64,000 nucleotides of DNA from Chrysomallon squamiferum (lineage: Eukaryota; Animalia; Mollusca). Below the pieces are notes generated by a model. That model made no database searches and was not told where the DNA came from. It worked only from the letters and a program-made list of their open reading frames with translations. A program made the position numbers and the translations under genes. Below, piece by piece: positions 62,533-64,000 of this stretch (the stretch's first letter is position 1; each line of letters starts with the position of its first letter). The DNA is taken from the NCBI GenBank assembly GCA_012295275.1, contig CM022671.1, forward strand, positions 29,016,001-29,080,000. The letters are read 5' to 3'.

Positions 62533-62692
62533 AGGCCAAATAACAGTTGGTTATAGTTTTATGTGTATTTTAATAGTGATCTGCTTACAACAACAAGCTG
62601 TTACACCTTACATTAGTGAACTGTCATTCAAACTTTAATTTAAGGTTTTCTGAATAAAACCATATTGGTTTATATTTAGATATATTTCAGAT

Positions 62693-62790
<98 letters not shown>

Positions 62791-63528
62791 TGTGTGTGTG
62801 GGTAGAAGGGAAACAGAAGTAGGGCAAGGAAAAAGAGAAAGGTGGGAGGGACAGAGAGAGAAAAGAGAATATAAATAAAGATACTATACAAGGAAAGAGA
62901 AAGAATGTGACTGAATCAGTTTCGATAGTGTTAGTGAGTTAAAGATGAGTAATCATGAACAAAATACTAAATGAAGGCAAAAAGAAGTTTGCTTGAGATA
63001 AGAAATCATTTAGTAAAATAAAAATAATAAGTAAAGAATTACGTGCGTGAATTTATATTTCTGTTGTATTTAAAGGGTATTTTATCAGTTTTCCTATACT
63101 TGAAAGCCAAAGAGATATAGGCATCTAAATACAAAATTTTAATGGATGTAAATACATACATACAAAGACATGTTTTTTTGTATATGTAGAAGTGGACATA
63201 ATCCCAAATATCTCAGTCTAGGTGTTTGTACCAGAATATATCAAAGCCACTAGAAGAACCACTTAATTAAGCCAGCTGTATTTTACTTGTACTTGTGTGT
63301 GCAGTGGAAGGAACTAACAACTGATGATAAACAATTAATGATGCATATTTTATTACTTTGTTTATCATTTGAATGTAGTTCTGCTGGTTCCATTTTCTGT
63401 AAAACTTGCTTTATGAGGCAGTTAATATAATGATAGATTCAGTCTCAATAATATATTTTTTATTTATTTATTTATTTTATAATATTTGTTTTTGTATAAT
63501 TTAGTTATTTATTATTCTATTCTATTTT

Positions 63529-63563
<35 letters not shown>

Positions 63564-63856
63564 TCAAATATAAAGAAAATATAATTAAATATAGACTAAT
63601 CCAAATATAAATTCCTCTATTTACTGAATATCTTTTAGAAAATATATAACAAAAGGAAATATAGATCAAATATACTAATTTAGGGAAATGTACATCAACT
63701 TTAAAAGTTTATTTAAAAATGGAGACAACATAAAAAGATCTGCAGTAATGGAAAAAGATGGTAAAATTATTGAAATACAGATATAATAATATTATAATTA
63801 TTAAATTTTGACATTTATAAATTTCCATGATTATTGAACTGTAGATGTTATTGATA

Positions 63857-63892
<36 letters not shown>

Positions 63893-64000
63893 CTGACCTG
63901 TAGATTTTATTAAAAATATATTTTCTGAAATATGATATATATAATCTAAGTCATTTCTGTGCTTTTATGTTGTGGCATTGTCATAGCTGCTGTTTTCACT

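Overview
AT-rich, microsatellite- and minisatellite-dense animal genomic DNA, almost entirely intronic. A mollusc, probably a gastropod, is inferred from repeat style and a SINE remnant but is not proven. Essentially all ORFs in the supplied track are simple-repeat artefacts; the real coding content is short spliced exons the track misses. (1) On the + strand are the first two coding exons (60765-60927, 61820-61905) of an SVOP/SV2-related MFS transporter. (2) On the - strand is an unidentified gene whose spliced start reads [31 protein letters not shown] (exons 41638-41752 and 12149-12233, candidate later exons 9395-9436 and 7079 downward), with an N-myristoylation-type N-terminus. The two genes appear head-to-head around a CpG-retaining region (about 54.6-56.8 kb) containing a perfect palindromic CRE. 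The most unusual observation is that the first coding exon of each gene has a minisatellite starting at its 5' splice site. In SVOP the repeat unit is a copy of the exon/intron junction itself, giving an array of decoy donors that would all include an in-frame stop. Coordinates were counted by hand and repeat boundaries are approximate.
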